The position numbers and the translations under genes were made by a program. A DNA stretch of 38,801 nucleotides from positions 166,718-205,518 of the IMG/VR virus record IMGVR_UViG_3300025602_000002. One strand, 5' to 3'. Origin of the DNA: a virus. Its lineage: Duplodnaviria; Heunggongvirae; Uroviricota; Caudoviricetes. Shown one piece after another: positions 1-6,611 of the stretch (the first letter of the stretch is position 1; each line of letters starts with the position of its first letter). The notes under the pieces were generated by a model, which saw only the letters and a program-made list of their open reading frames with translations, searched no databases and was not told the origin of the DNA.

Positions 1-112
1 AGTGGGCGAATCCCCAGTATGGGAATTCTTCCATCTGTTTCTGAACTGTCTTACGAGATACAGGTAGTTTCATCCTGTTAGTGTATCTTTCCTCAAAGAT
101 ATGACACTTCAT
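1..112 (-). CDS. Hypothetical protein, partial (runs off left end)
   Basis: AAGGA-like RBS then ATG at 112, MKCHIFEERYTNRMKLPVSRKTVQKQMEEFPYWGFAH, open to position 1; lies downstream of a GGGTATAAGA motif. Confidence 0.6.
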   Translation of the reverse strand, partial: MKCHIFEERYTNRMKLPVSRKTVQKQMEEFPYWGFAH

Positions 113-156
113 GATTTTCCTTTCATTTTTTTAGTGTTATGACATTCTCTATATAT

Positions 157-165
157 CTTATACCC
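157..165 (-). promoter_or_regulatory. GGGTATAAG motif copy 1 (putative early promoter)
   Basis: CTTATACCC on + strand, intergenic, about 45 nt upstream of minus-strand ATG at 112. Confidence 0.5.
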
Positions 166-216
166 ATATATAATACTAATTCCTTCGTAAAAAGAACAAT
201 CAATGGGAACTAATAT

Positions 217-246
217 TTGACTCTACCCCAAAAACATATCTATATT
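217..246 (+). promoter_or_regulatory. Sigma70-like promoter
   Basis: TTGACT (217-222), 18 nt, TATATT (241-246), upstream of ATG 274. Confidence 0.5.
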
Positions 247-273
247 TAAGAAAGAGATATAACCACATTTAAT

Positions 274-465
274 ATGAAAACTAAACAAGAATTAATAGAC
301 GAAATAGAGAGACTAGAAAGTCTAACATGTCAGCGCGCCGGCGACTTATTAGGTCGTCCAAATATTGCTATAAATAGAGAAATTGTATCAGAGAATATTT
401 TTCGAATGACATGTAGAATATCTGCTCTGAAATGGGCACTGGAAGAAACCGAGATTGTAATATAA
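274..465 (+). CDS. Hypothetical protein
   Basis: 63-aa ORF downstream of promoter; TAA overlaps next ATG (TAATG). Confidence 0.65.
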   Translation: MKTKQELIDEIERLESLTCQRAGDLLGRPNIAINREIVSENIFRMTCRISALKWALEETEIVI

Positions 466-740
466 TGAGGCCAAGAGAAAGGAAATTAGCGACGATAGTA
501 AAACTATTTGCCAAGGCAATGTTTCATGGCAATTGGGTATGGGAAACTCCAAACGAAAGGGTAATAGAGATGCTAATGAGGGATATTGGTATGTATCCTT
601 TTGAAGATGAGAACGATATGATTAGCAAAACAAGGGTAAGTGAAGGACTCTACTTAAAGGCCAAAGAGGTGATACCTACGAGAAAACCTATTGCTCGGCA
701 GGGCCTGGTGAACCCCCGTACTAGCAAGATATCAATTTAA
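465..740 (+). CDS. Hypothetical protein
   Basis: Start moved to ATG 465 (MRPRERKL), coupled to upstream TAA; two Trp, both TGG. Confidence 0.65.
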   Translation: MRPRERKLATIVKLFAKAMFHGNWVWETPNERVIEMLMRDIGMYPFEDENDMISKTRVSEGLYLKAKEVIPTRKPIARQGLVNPRTSKISI

Positions 741-789
741 GATAAAAAAAATAAGGTAGAGAAAAGCGTTAGCTTCTCTCGGTTATCCG

Positions 790-1098
790 TCATATAGCCT
801 GCACCAAAACATCAACAGGCATGCTCTCGGTGTGGGTGTCTATAAAAGTATCATTATCATCTTCTAGTCTATAGCTATATATCACATCTATCACTCTAAA
901 AGAATCTCCAGCCCCAACAATAGTGCTTTTGTACTTTTTAAGTGAATCAGGTATATGTAACTCAATAACACCGGTAAGGTAGATTCGTTCACCTATTCTA
1001 GGGACGATGTTAGTGGTTAGACTTCCTATAGTAAACTCATGTCCTTCAGGTAAGCCCATTTTAAAGCACACCTCTACGGACGTCTGTGGTGTATACAT
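790..1098 (-). CDS. Hypothetical protein (ends in TGA)
   Basis: Start moved to ATG 1098 (MYTPQTS) after AAGGAAG; stop codon at 792-790 is TGA. Confidence 0.7.
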   Translation of the reverse strand: MYTPQTSVEVCFKMGLPEGHEFTIGSLTTNIVPRIGERIYLTGVIELHIPDSLKKYKSTIVGAGDSFRVIDVIYSYRLEDDNDTFIDTHTESMPVDVLVQAI

Positions 1099-1141
1099 TG
1101 TTTCTTCCTTTATTTTAATTAATTTAATCGATACACTATCA

Positions 1142-1153
1142 TTCTTATACCCC
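1142..1153 (-). promoter_or_regulatory. GGGTATAAGAA motif copy 2
   Basis: TTCTTATACCCC on + strand, about 45 nt upstream of ATG 1098. Confidence 0.55.
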
Positions 1154-1173
1154 ATTTTATTAATATTTAAGAT

Positions 1174-1211
1174 AAAAAAAAGGGAAATGTGCTTTCACAC
1201 ACTCCCTTTTT
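1174..1211. terminator. Putative bidirectional intrinsic terminator
   Basis: AAAAAGGGA...GTG-CTTT-CAC...TCCCTTTTT imperfect hairpin flanked by A and T tracts. Confidence 0.5.
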
Positions 1212-1328
1212 CAATCGCATTCCTGGAGATTTTTTCAAATATGTATGGGTTCTCTATGTGAGATCTAATTCTTCATGATAGCTCCTAGTTAAAATTAAGT
1301 AATTTTTAATTGCTACTTGTCATCGTTA

Positions 1329-1340
1329 TTCTTATACCCT
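1329..1340 (-). promoter_or_regulatory. GGGTATAAGAA motif copy 3
   Basis: TTCTTATACCCT on + strand at the end of the 1339-1551 gene; no clear gene directly downstream. Confidence 0.45.
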
Positions 1341-1551
1341 AAAAATTGCCAGACCTCGTAATTTTTACAAAGCGTCTAGGTACTGTGATATAGGAGTCTC
1401 TCATATTTTTTTCTTCATGAAAGTCTTCCATCTCTGCAAAAGTGTGGCCAGGGCCGCCAGGACTTCCGCCAGATACCTTTAATTTTCCATTGTGCTTAAT
1501 TAGTGCATCTACACGTTCTTCAACTGTTAATGTAATTTTTTTGCGTATCAT
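1339..1551 (-). CDS. Hypothetical protein
   Basis: 70-aa ORF with GGAG RBS, TAG stop. Confidence 0.65.
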   Translation of the reverse strand: MIRKKITLTVEERVDALIKHNGKLKVSGGSPGGPGHTFAEMEDFHEEKNMRDSYITVPRRFVKITRSGNF

Positions 1552-1569
1552 AAATACACTCCTTTCTGT

Positions 1570-1869
1570 TTATTCAAATCCTAGCGCTAAAAGGCGTTGA
1601 TCCTTTTCTGGAGCTACATAATTAGCTTCAGGTAGAAGCTCCACCAAAACATCTACAAAAGCGTGAATGGTTTGGTCAGCAGCGGCGACGCCGCGTTCGA
1701 GCCAGGCATCAAGCACCTCTTGTCGATATTTATATTCTGAATTTTGTAAGCATATAGCTGTGATCTCATGCCAGACTTTCCCACCGATGTGCTTTTCTCG
1801 TCTATATCCCAGCCGTACTGTGATTACAAAATCATATCCTTTATAGTGAAAGTCTTTCACCATATCCAT
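1570..1869 (-). CDS. Hypothetical protein
   Basis: 99-aa ORF with GAGGAG RBS, TAA stop. Confidence 0.7.
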   Translation of the reverse strand: MDMVKDFHYKGYDFVITVRLGYRREKHIGGKVWHEITAICLQNSEYKYRQEVLDAWLERGVAAADQTIHAFVDVLVELLPEANYVAPEKDQRLLALGFE

Positions 1870-1884
1870 AGTTAATTGCTCCTC

Positions 1885-2310
1885 ATAAGTTTGTTGTTAA
1901 AAATTGCTATTGCCTTACACGATAACCCATCTGCAAACAGTATCGCCACCGCCCACACCTCGGGCAATCTCCTGGGACGGCCAGGTCACTCTCAGACTGT
2001 GTTGTCGGGGGTATAATTACCATAAGCCGGCTGAGTCCTCGCTGCGTCCCATGTTTAAATTTGTGCGAGAGAGGGTCGTGTGATGACAAAATCACCGCCC
2101 GTATCCCGCATTTTTGTTGGCCCCTACCGTAGAGTAGGTTTGCCGCCAACGGCTCGTGTTTTATATTAGCTTAGCTTTCTCCGTGCAGAGTGCCTACGTT
2201 ACTAATATTAGAGAAGACATTCTGTCAAGAATGCCCAGCAGTCCACATTAACCCCTCTCTATGACGCCATAGGAGCGGCCTCTCCTGCATTAAGGTCTCT
2301 CTATTAGACC
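1885..2310 (-). ncRNA. Candidate structured non-coding RNA or leader
   Basis: GC-richer intergenic stretch without a convincing ORF; several hairpins on the minus strand (CCTAC/GTAGG, CCTGG/CCAGG, GGTCT/AGACC, CATTCT/AGAATG, CTATG/CATAG, GTTGGC/GCCAAC, GTGAT/ATCAC). Confidence 0.35.
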
Positions 2311-2807
2311 TATTTTGCTGTAAATTGAAATGGTTCAAATGGTGATCCAATAACCATGTTTGCTTTATCTAAAGGTAGAGTTTCCGTTAACTCATGAGTA
2401 AGGTCGCCTTCATTCTTATAAATAAAGGAGTACTCGAGTTCTCCAAATTCTTCATGAGAATATAAAGTGACTAAGAAAACCTTATCACCTGTTGGAGGAA
2501 AAGTCATCCAAGTTCCTACGCCTCTGCATACTCCATCAACGACTGCGGCTAACTTACCACCCTCGGCTATATTAAAATCTTCTTCAGACAGTTCGGCCAT
2601 CAAAGCGTGATTGTACTCATAGGCATGCTTGTTGACTATAAATAATGGATTAATTTCTTCTGGGGCAACTATAGGTTGTATTTTTTTTAGAGAAGCTTTT
2701 CTCTTTCTATTAGCAGCCTGCTTAGCTTTAGCCCTAGCTATTCTGTCTTGTAAACTTACGTTTCTTTTTCTAGAAGAAGCCGTTTTTATTGGTTTACTGG
2801 GTTTCAT
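2310..2807 (-). CDS. Hypothetical protein (basic N-terminus, acidic C-terminal domain)
   Basis: 165-aa ORF, TAG stop. Confidence 0.7.
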   Translation of the reverse strand: MKPSKPIKTASSRKRNVSLQDRIARAKAKQAANRKRKASLKKIQPIVAPEEINPLFIVNKHAYEYNHALMAELSEEDFNIAEGGKLAAVVDGVCRGVGTWMTFPPTGDKVFLVTLYSHEEFGELEYSFIYKNEGDLTHELTETLPLDKANMVIGSPFEPFQFTAK

Positions 2808-2833
2808 ATATTTATGTGATTTATTAATTAATT

Positions 2834-2878
2834 AAAAAAGGAAGCCCCCGTCCTCAAATTGAGACAAATCACGGGGGC
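2834..2878 (-). terminator. Intrinsic terminator-like hairpin
   Basis: Minus strand GCCCCCGT...ACGGGGGC stem followed by TTCCTTTTTT. Confidence 0.6.
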
Positions 2879-3105
2879 CGCATGGCTTAAATTGCGTTCA
2901 GCTTTTCGGTGTGGCGCTGAAGGTCCTGACTTTACATAACAAAGTCTAAGTGGTACCAGTTAGCCGTGGAGCTTTGTTAAACAACCAAAACGAAAGGAAT
3001 GGCCTTATTTACACTGGTAAGGTAAACAGCCGGGTGTATCATGGTAGCTAGGTCCTCAAAATTCCCAAGGACTGTCGCTACAAAATTATCGTAATTATTA
3101 TCGCT
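2834..3105 (-). ncRNA. Candidate ~270-nt structured ncRNA
   Basis: Bounded by GGGTATAAGAA motif (3115-3126) and terminator (2834-2878); no ORF of note; hairpins GTAGC/GCTAC enclosing GTCCT/AGGAC, GACTTT/AAAGTC, TTCAGC/GCTGAA. Confidence 0.45.
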
Positions 3106-3114
3106 TGCGTATAC

Positions 3115-3126
3115 TTCTTATACCCT
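3115..3126 (-). promoter_or_regulatory. GGGTATAAGAA motif copy 4
   Basis: TTCTTATACCCT on + strand, intergenic. Confidence 0.55.
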
Positions 3127-3149
3127 ATTTCATTGCAATTTTAATTACG

Positions 3150-3359
3150 TTATTTCTTGTCGGATTCTTCTATGAATCTAGGGAATCTACTTCTTTTTAA
3201 TATGACAGCATCAAGCCGTTTATTAGTATTAATAAATTCACTAGCGTCTTCTATAGAGTCTCCACTGAAGAATGCGAAGTCTGCTTTAGCTTCAATCCTG
3301 CGAATTAACGAGAGTTGTTGGCTGGTTGCTTCCTGCATTCGGTGTATTGCTGGTGTCAT
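3150..3359 (-). CDS. Hypothetical protein
   Basis: 69-aa ORF; ATSQQLSLIRRIE resembles the ATxxQ helix seen in small phage proteins. Confidence 0.55.
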   Translation of the reverse strand: MTPAIHRMQEATSQQLSLIRRIEAKADFAFFSGDSIEDASEFINTNKRLDAVILKRSRFPRFIEESDKK

Positions 3360-3561
3360 TTTCTTTTTTTTGATTAAGTTTTCGGTTATAGTTAGTTTTC
3401 CATATTTGGGTAATTAGCTCTGGAGAGTGCCGTTTAAAGTCAACGTGGCACTCAGCGCATTGCATCTCACCGTCATCTCCGTATAGGGCATGAAAGTCGT
3501 GGCCATGATTAATCCAAAGAAGTTCTCTTAATTCTTTGTTTTCTAATAGTAGTTGTGACAT
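3292..3561 (-). CDS. Hypothetical protein with CxxC (ends in TGA)
   Basis: LYGDDGEMQCAEC motif; abuts upstream gene; stop is TGA; overlaps the next gene by 68 nt. Confidence 0.6.
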   Translation of the reverse strand: MSQLLLENKELRELLWINHGHDFHALYGDDGEMQCAECHVDFKRHSPELITQIWKTNYNRKLNQKKENDTSNTPNAGSNQPTTLVNSQD

Positions 3562-3562
3562 T

Positions 3563-3829
3563 TTATTTTCCTGTTTGAAGTACTATGGTTTCAGTACATT
3601 TAGTTCCGTCGAAGTAGCATAAGTTCTTTTGAGCCTCTTCTAAGGTACCAAAACTATCGGTACAGTTAGCGCCGCTAGAACTATTGAGCCAAGCATCACA
3701 CCACCACCATCTAAATAAGTGATGAGGTTGCTGGATAACCCAAGATGTGCTAGGGCCGGGACCTGTACGTTTAATGATTCTTGCTTTAGTTTTAAATAAT
3801 TCTTTTAATTTAATTAATATGGTATTCAT
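3563..3829 (-). CDS. Hypothetical Trp-rich protein
   Basis: 88-aa ORF, five Trp all TGG. Confidence 0.7.
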   Translation of the reverse strand: MNTILIKLKELFKTKARIIKRTGPGPSTSWVIQQPHHLFRWWWCDAWLNSSSGANCTDSFGTLEEAQKNLCYFDGTKCTETIVLQTGK

Positions 3830-3901
3830 TATAATCCATTCATTATATTAACCCCCCAATAATACTACATTCTGAAGAATAATTGGAGGGGAGTTAAGGG
3901 T

Positions 3902-4174
3902 TTAGTTTTTGCTGTATACTTTTAAATCTTTAGTTAACATAGCATCCTCTATAACTGAGTCTCGTTTTTTTCTCTCTATTGTTATATCTTTATTATCAAG
4001 TTCGGACATTACTTTACTAATTATATCTTTTTCTCCATAGTAATGCTTGCTTTCCCCGCATAAGTTTGGAAGGAGCGCGCGAGATCTGGTAGAATATACT
4101 ATCATATATGGGCGATAAATTGTAGGTGGACGGTCCACTACTATAGTGAAGCCGTTGTGTTCTTTTCTTGTCAT
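3902..4174 (-). CDS. Hypothetical protein
   Basis: 90-aa ORF in tightly packed minus-strand cluster. Confidence 0.65.
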   Translation of the reverse strand: MTRKEHNGFTIVVDRPPTIYRPYMIVYSTRSRALLPNLCGESKHYYGEKDIISKVMSELDNKDITIERKKRDSVIEDAMLTKDLKVYSKN

Positions 4175-4178
4175 TAGT

Positions 4179-4760
4179 TTAAGTGATTATTGGTGGCGAT
4201 AATGCGCTTCCCGTTGAAGAGTCAGATAGATTTCCAAGCCAAGCAAGGTCATCTTTTACTCCGCTAGCTATTACAAAATCAGAAGATGCTCCAACGCCCA
4301 TTCTCCTAAGAGAGTTGTCGTCAGTGAAAGGGTCTTCCATAGCCATGGTTAATTCACGTTGAATTTTATGTCGTTCGGTGACCATTAGTGAAAAGGCTAA
4401 ATGTCTGTTTTCATATCGTTGGTGTGAGGGGGTACACCACCAACAAGCTTCGTGAAATTCGGGATGCCAGCTTTTACAGCAAAGACAATACCATCCCTTT
4501 AATTTTGTAGCTTCAATATCTTCTTCGGAGAATTGAGACATGGGTTTATAATAAGGTTTTCGAAGCCCCTTGGCGTAGTTAATTCCATAATATTTTCGAT
4601 TTCTGGAGCTAATTACACCTTCAGGTTTCTGATGTCGAAATTCTTTGAAGGGGAGTCTTTTGGTTTTTTTGCGTTCTCTTGCGTGGTAGTTATATAATTC
4701 ATCTGTCACATCTTGAGGCGAACGATTAGCTCTCCCAAACGCTTGCAAAACACCCGCCAT
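4179..4760 (-). CDS. Hypothetical protein with Cys/His cluster
   Basis: WYCLCCKSWHPEFHEACWWC, possible Zn-binding; exact start uncertain. Confidence 0.65.
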   Translation of the reverse strand: MAGVLQAFGRANRSPQDVTDELYNYHARERKKTKRLPFKEFRHQKPEGVISSRNRKYYGINYAKGLRKPYYKPMSQFSEEDIEATKLKGWYCLCCKSWHPEFHEACWWCTPSHQRYENRHLAFSLMVTERHKIQRELTMAMEDPFTDDNSLRRMGVGASSDFVIASGVKDDLAWLGNLSDSSTGSALSPPIIT

Positions 4761-4998
4761 AGAAATCCCTCCCTAATTGCATTACGTGTGTAAACTCGTA
4801 GTCAATATCAGACATACATACATTTTCTAAATATTCTTCCCGTTCTTCTTTATCAAATCCATCATAATTACCGTTAGCAAAAATATAGAAATAAAGAGGG
4901 TCTTGACCACCTAGCTGTTGAATGTCATAACAAATACCCTTAGTTCCAGTATCGTTTCCCAACATAGGAAGTCTTAACTTAACTATTGTTCCTTTCAT
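4726..4998 (-). CDS. Hypothetical protein
   Basis: Start moved to ATG 4998 (MKGTIV), TAATG-coupled to the upstream stop. Confidence 0.7.
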   Translation of the reverse strand: MKGTIVKLRLPMLGNDTGTKGICYDIQQLGGQDPLYFYIFANGNYDGFDKEEREEYLENVCMSDIDYEFTHVMQLGRDFYGGCFASVWES

Positions 4999-5243
4999 TA
5001 CCACTTCTGGCCCCTTCTAATTGCACTAATATCGTTTAAAAATGTAATATGTTCTTGAGCGGATGTAGCATCCCTTTCCATTTTTCCTATAACACACCCT
5101 ACGGTGGCTATAAGTTGTTCTTTATTCATGTCCTTAATGGGCTGGCCAAAAATAAAAGTTTCCATGCCCTTCTTTAGATATCTATCCATAAAAGTCCCGG
5201 GCAATCGTACTTCTATAGGTTTCGTTGAGGTTTCTTTACTCAT
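4998..5243 (-). CDS. Hypothetical protein
   Basis: Likely start ATG 5243 (MSKETSTK), just after the upstream gene's stop. Confidence 0.65.
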   Translation of the reverse strand: MSKETSTKPIEVRLPGTFMDRYLKKGMETFIFGQPIKDMNKEQLIATVGCVIGKMERDATSAQEHITFLNDISAIRRGQKW

Positions 5244-5254
5244 GTTTGTTTTGG

Positions 5255-5470
5255 TTATCTGTTGTTTTCTGGAGGAAATACACAATCTTTCATGGTATTA
5301 TGCCAGCCATCTATTGTTGGAACTCCTCCCTGAGCTATACAAGCATCAATAGCTTGTTGTGATTTAGTAGGACGTCTTTCGTCATTTTTATAAAAAACCA
5401 TTCCGATCATTATTATTATAAAGGTTGCTGTCCATATTATATTTCTCTTAATTCGATAATCTTTAGCCAT
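5255..5470 (-). CDS. Small membrane-anchored protein
   Basis: N-terminal hydrophobic segment IIWTATFIIIMIGMVFY then C...GG...W...C. Confidence 0.7.
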   Translation of the reverse strand: MAKDYRIKRNIIWTATFIIIMIGMVFYKNDERRPTKSQQAIDACIAQGGVPTIDGWHNTMKDCVFPPENNR

Positions 5471-5492
5471 ATGTGCTCTCCATTGTTAGGTG

Positions 5493-5564
5493 CAGGGACG
5501 GCAGGACTCGAACCCGCATTGCCGGTTTTGGAGACCGGAGCTCTACCAATTGAACTACGCCCCT
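5493..5564 (-). tRNA. trnW: tRNA-Trp (anticodon CCA)
   Basis: AGGGGCG-TA-GTTC-AATTGGTA-GAGC-T-CCGGT-CTCCAAA-ACCGG-CAAT-GCGGG-TTCGAGT-CCTGC-CGTCCCT-G; full cloverleaf, anticodon at 5531-5529, discriminator G, 3' CCA not encoded. Confidence 0.97.
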
Positions 5565-5622
5565 ATTAATTTAGTCTTAAGTTAAAAAAATTCGTTCTGA
5601 AAGTATAAGCTACTTCATACTG

Positions 5623-5633
5623 TTCTTATACCC
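5623..5633 (-). promoter_or_regulatory. GGGTATAAGAA motif copy 5 (upstream of tRNA-Trp)
   Basis: TTCTTATACCC on + strand about 60 nt upstream of the tRNA. Confidence 0.55.
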
Positions 5634-5756
5634 AAATACTGAAAAATTTCGGAGCCGCGCTGCGCTTATTACAAAAGGAAATATGTCGCTTAGTATATAA
5701 TTTTGGAGATAAAAAGAAAGGCCAAATGGACCTCTCTTTTTGACAGCGTGGGTAGG

Positions 5757-5933
5757 TTACTTAGTGGTTTCGGCAAGTTCTGAGAGGGTTTTTCCGCAAT
5801 AATGACAGCGGGGGTCTTCTTTAATATTTTTAACTTCATCAGGATGAAACCCATGTATACAGGGTCCGTCCGGATCTGGATCTTCGTCTGGACCAAAAAT
5901 CCACTCTTTCAAATTAAATGGCCATAGGCTCAT
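5757..5933 (-). CDS. Hypothetical 58-aa protein with Cys/His motifs (below ORF-track cutoff)
   Basis: MSLWPFNLKEWIFGPDEDPDPDGPCIHGFHPDEVKNIKEDPRCHYCGKTLSELAETTK; ATG overlaps the upstream TGA (ATGA). Confidence 0.7.
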   Translation of the reverse strand: MSLWPFNLKEWIFGPDEDPDPDGPCIHGFHPDEVKNIKEDPRCHYCGKTLSELAETTK

Positions 5934-6124
5934 AAGGTTTCTCCTTTTTTAGCTAATTGCCATATTCCGGTTTCTGCATGAGCAGCACACCATATAGCAT
6001 ACAACCGTTTGTAAGTCATTTTAGCATACTTTGAAGGCGGATCATTAGGCCAGCGTTTCTGAGCCCAAGCCGCCAATTCGTATTGATGTTTGTAGGGACA
6101 CTGAACCCCAGTAGACCATACCAT
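5930..6124 (-). CDS. Hypothetical Trp-rich protein (ends in TGA)
   Basis: 64 aa, GGAG RBS, five Trp all TGG, TGA stop coupled to the next ATG. Confidence 0.7.
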   Translation of the reverse strand: MVWSTGVQCPYKHQYELAAWAQKRWPNDPPSKYAKMTYKRLYAIWCAAHAETGIWQLAKKGETL

Positions 6125-6152
6125 AATATAGATCTCCTTAGTTATTACATAG

Positions 6153-6162
6153 TTCTTATACC
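6153..6162 (-). promoter_or_regulatory. GGTATAAGAA motif copy 6
   Basis: TTCTTATACC on + strand about 30 nt upstream of ATG 6124, in the divergent intergenic region. Confidence 0.55.
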
Positions 6163-6189
6163 TTTATTGCATAAATTATAAAAAAAACC

Positions 6190-6218
6190 TTTACAAATAA
6201 ATTCGTAACACTTATATT
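6190..6218 (+). promoter_or_regulatory. Sigma70-like promoter for the + strand cluster
   Basis: TTTACA (6190-6195), 17 nt, TATATT (6213-6218). Confidence 0.55.
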
Positions 6219-6258
6219 GAGATATCAATTGATAATTATTTTTAAGGACATAAAATAC

Positions 6259-6603
6259 ATGGATAAAGCACAACACGTGTTTATGAAATACGCTGAGCGT
6301 AATAAACGTAAACCTAATCGTCTATTATTAGATTTAGCCCCAGGAGCATTATCTGGGACTGTTACCAGTTTATTGCTTCACCCCTTAGATACCCTACAAG
6401 TTCGTCGTCAGACGGCTCCTCCCTCTCAAAATGTTGACTTTAATAAACCTCCTAAACTTACGAAACCAATAGGTAAATTAAAGGCTTTTAAATCTTTGTA
6501 TAAAGGTTTAGGATTAAAATTGTTACGTAACATTCCAACGTTAGCTATAGGATTTGGTACCTACGGAGTTACTAAAGACTATCTAGACAAAAAATATAAA
6601 TAG
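6259..6603 (+). CDS. Tagged protein with a single mitochondrial-carrier (SLC25-like) repeat
   Basis: Start ATG 6259 after AAGGA; MDKAQHVFMKYAE tag; GALSGTVTSLLLHPLDTLQVRRQT and SLYKGLGLKLLRNIPTLAIGFGTYGVTKDYL match both halves of the carrier repeat. Confidence 0.75.
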   Translation: MDKAQHVFMKYAERNKRKPNRLLLDLAPGALSGTVTSLLLHPLDTLQVRRQTAPPSQNVDFNKPPKLTKPIGKLKAFKSLYKGLGLKLLRNIPTLAIGFGTYGVTKDYLDKKYK

Positions 6604-6611
6604 GAGTTAAA

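Noticed and set aside
2020-2045. CCGGCTTAT similar to the RNase P RNA 3' conserved region
   Set aside because: No matching GAGGAAAGTCC 5' element
2105-2160. Resemblance to c-di-GMP-I riboswitch (GGCAAACC...GGG) and to group II intron domain V (GAGCCG)
   Set aside because: No GNRA tetraloop or ACGCAAAG segment, and no domain V helix continuation
1007-5352. Plus-strand track ORFs 1007-1261, 2629-2835, 3157-3417 and 5104-5352
   Set aside because: Antisense shadows of the minus-strand early genes
5690-5896. Minus-strand track ORF in frame with the 5930-6124 gene (possible readthrough fusion)
   Set aside because: The overlapping 5757-5933 frame has an ATGA-coupled start and Cys/His motifs and is more protein-like; not fully excluded without homologues
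6259-6603. Mitochondrial or eukaryotic origin of the contig (code 4 plus carrier repeat)
   Set aside because: Terminase, protease, capsid, SD sites, sigma70 promoters and a bacterial-type tRNA indicate a bacteriophage; carriers are nuclear-encoded anyway
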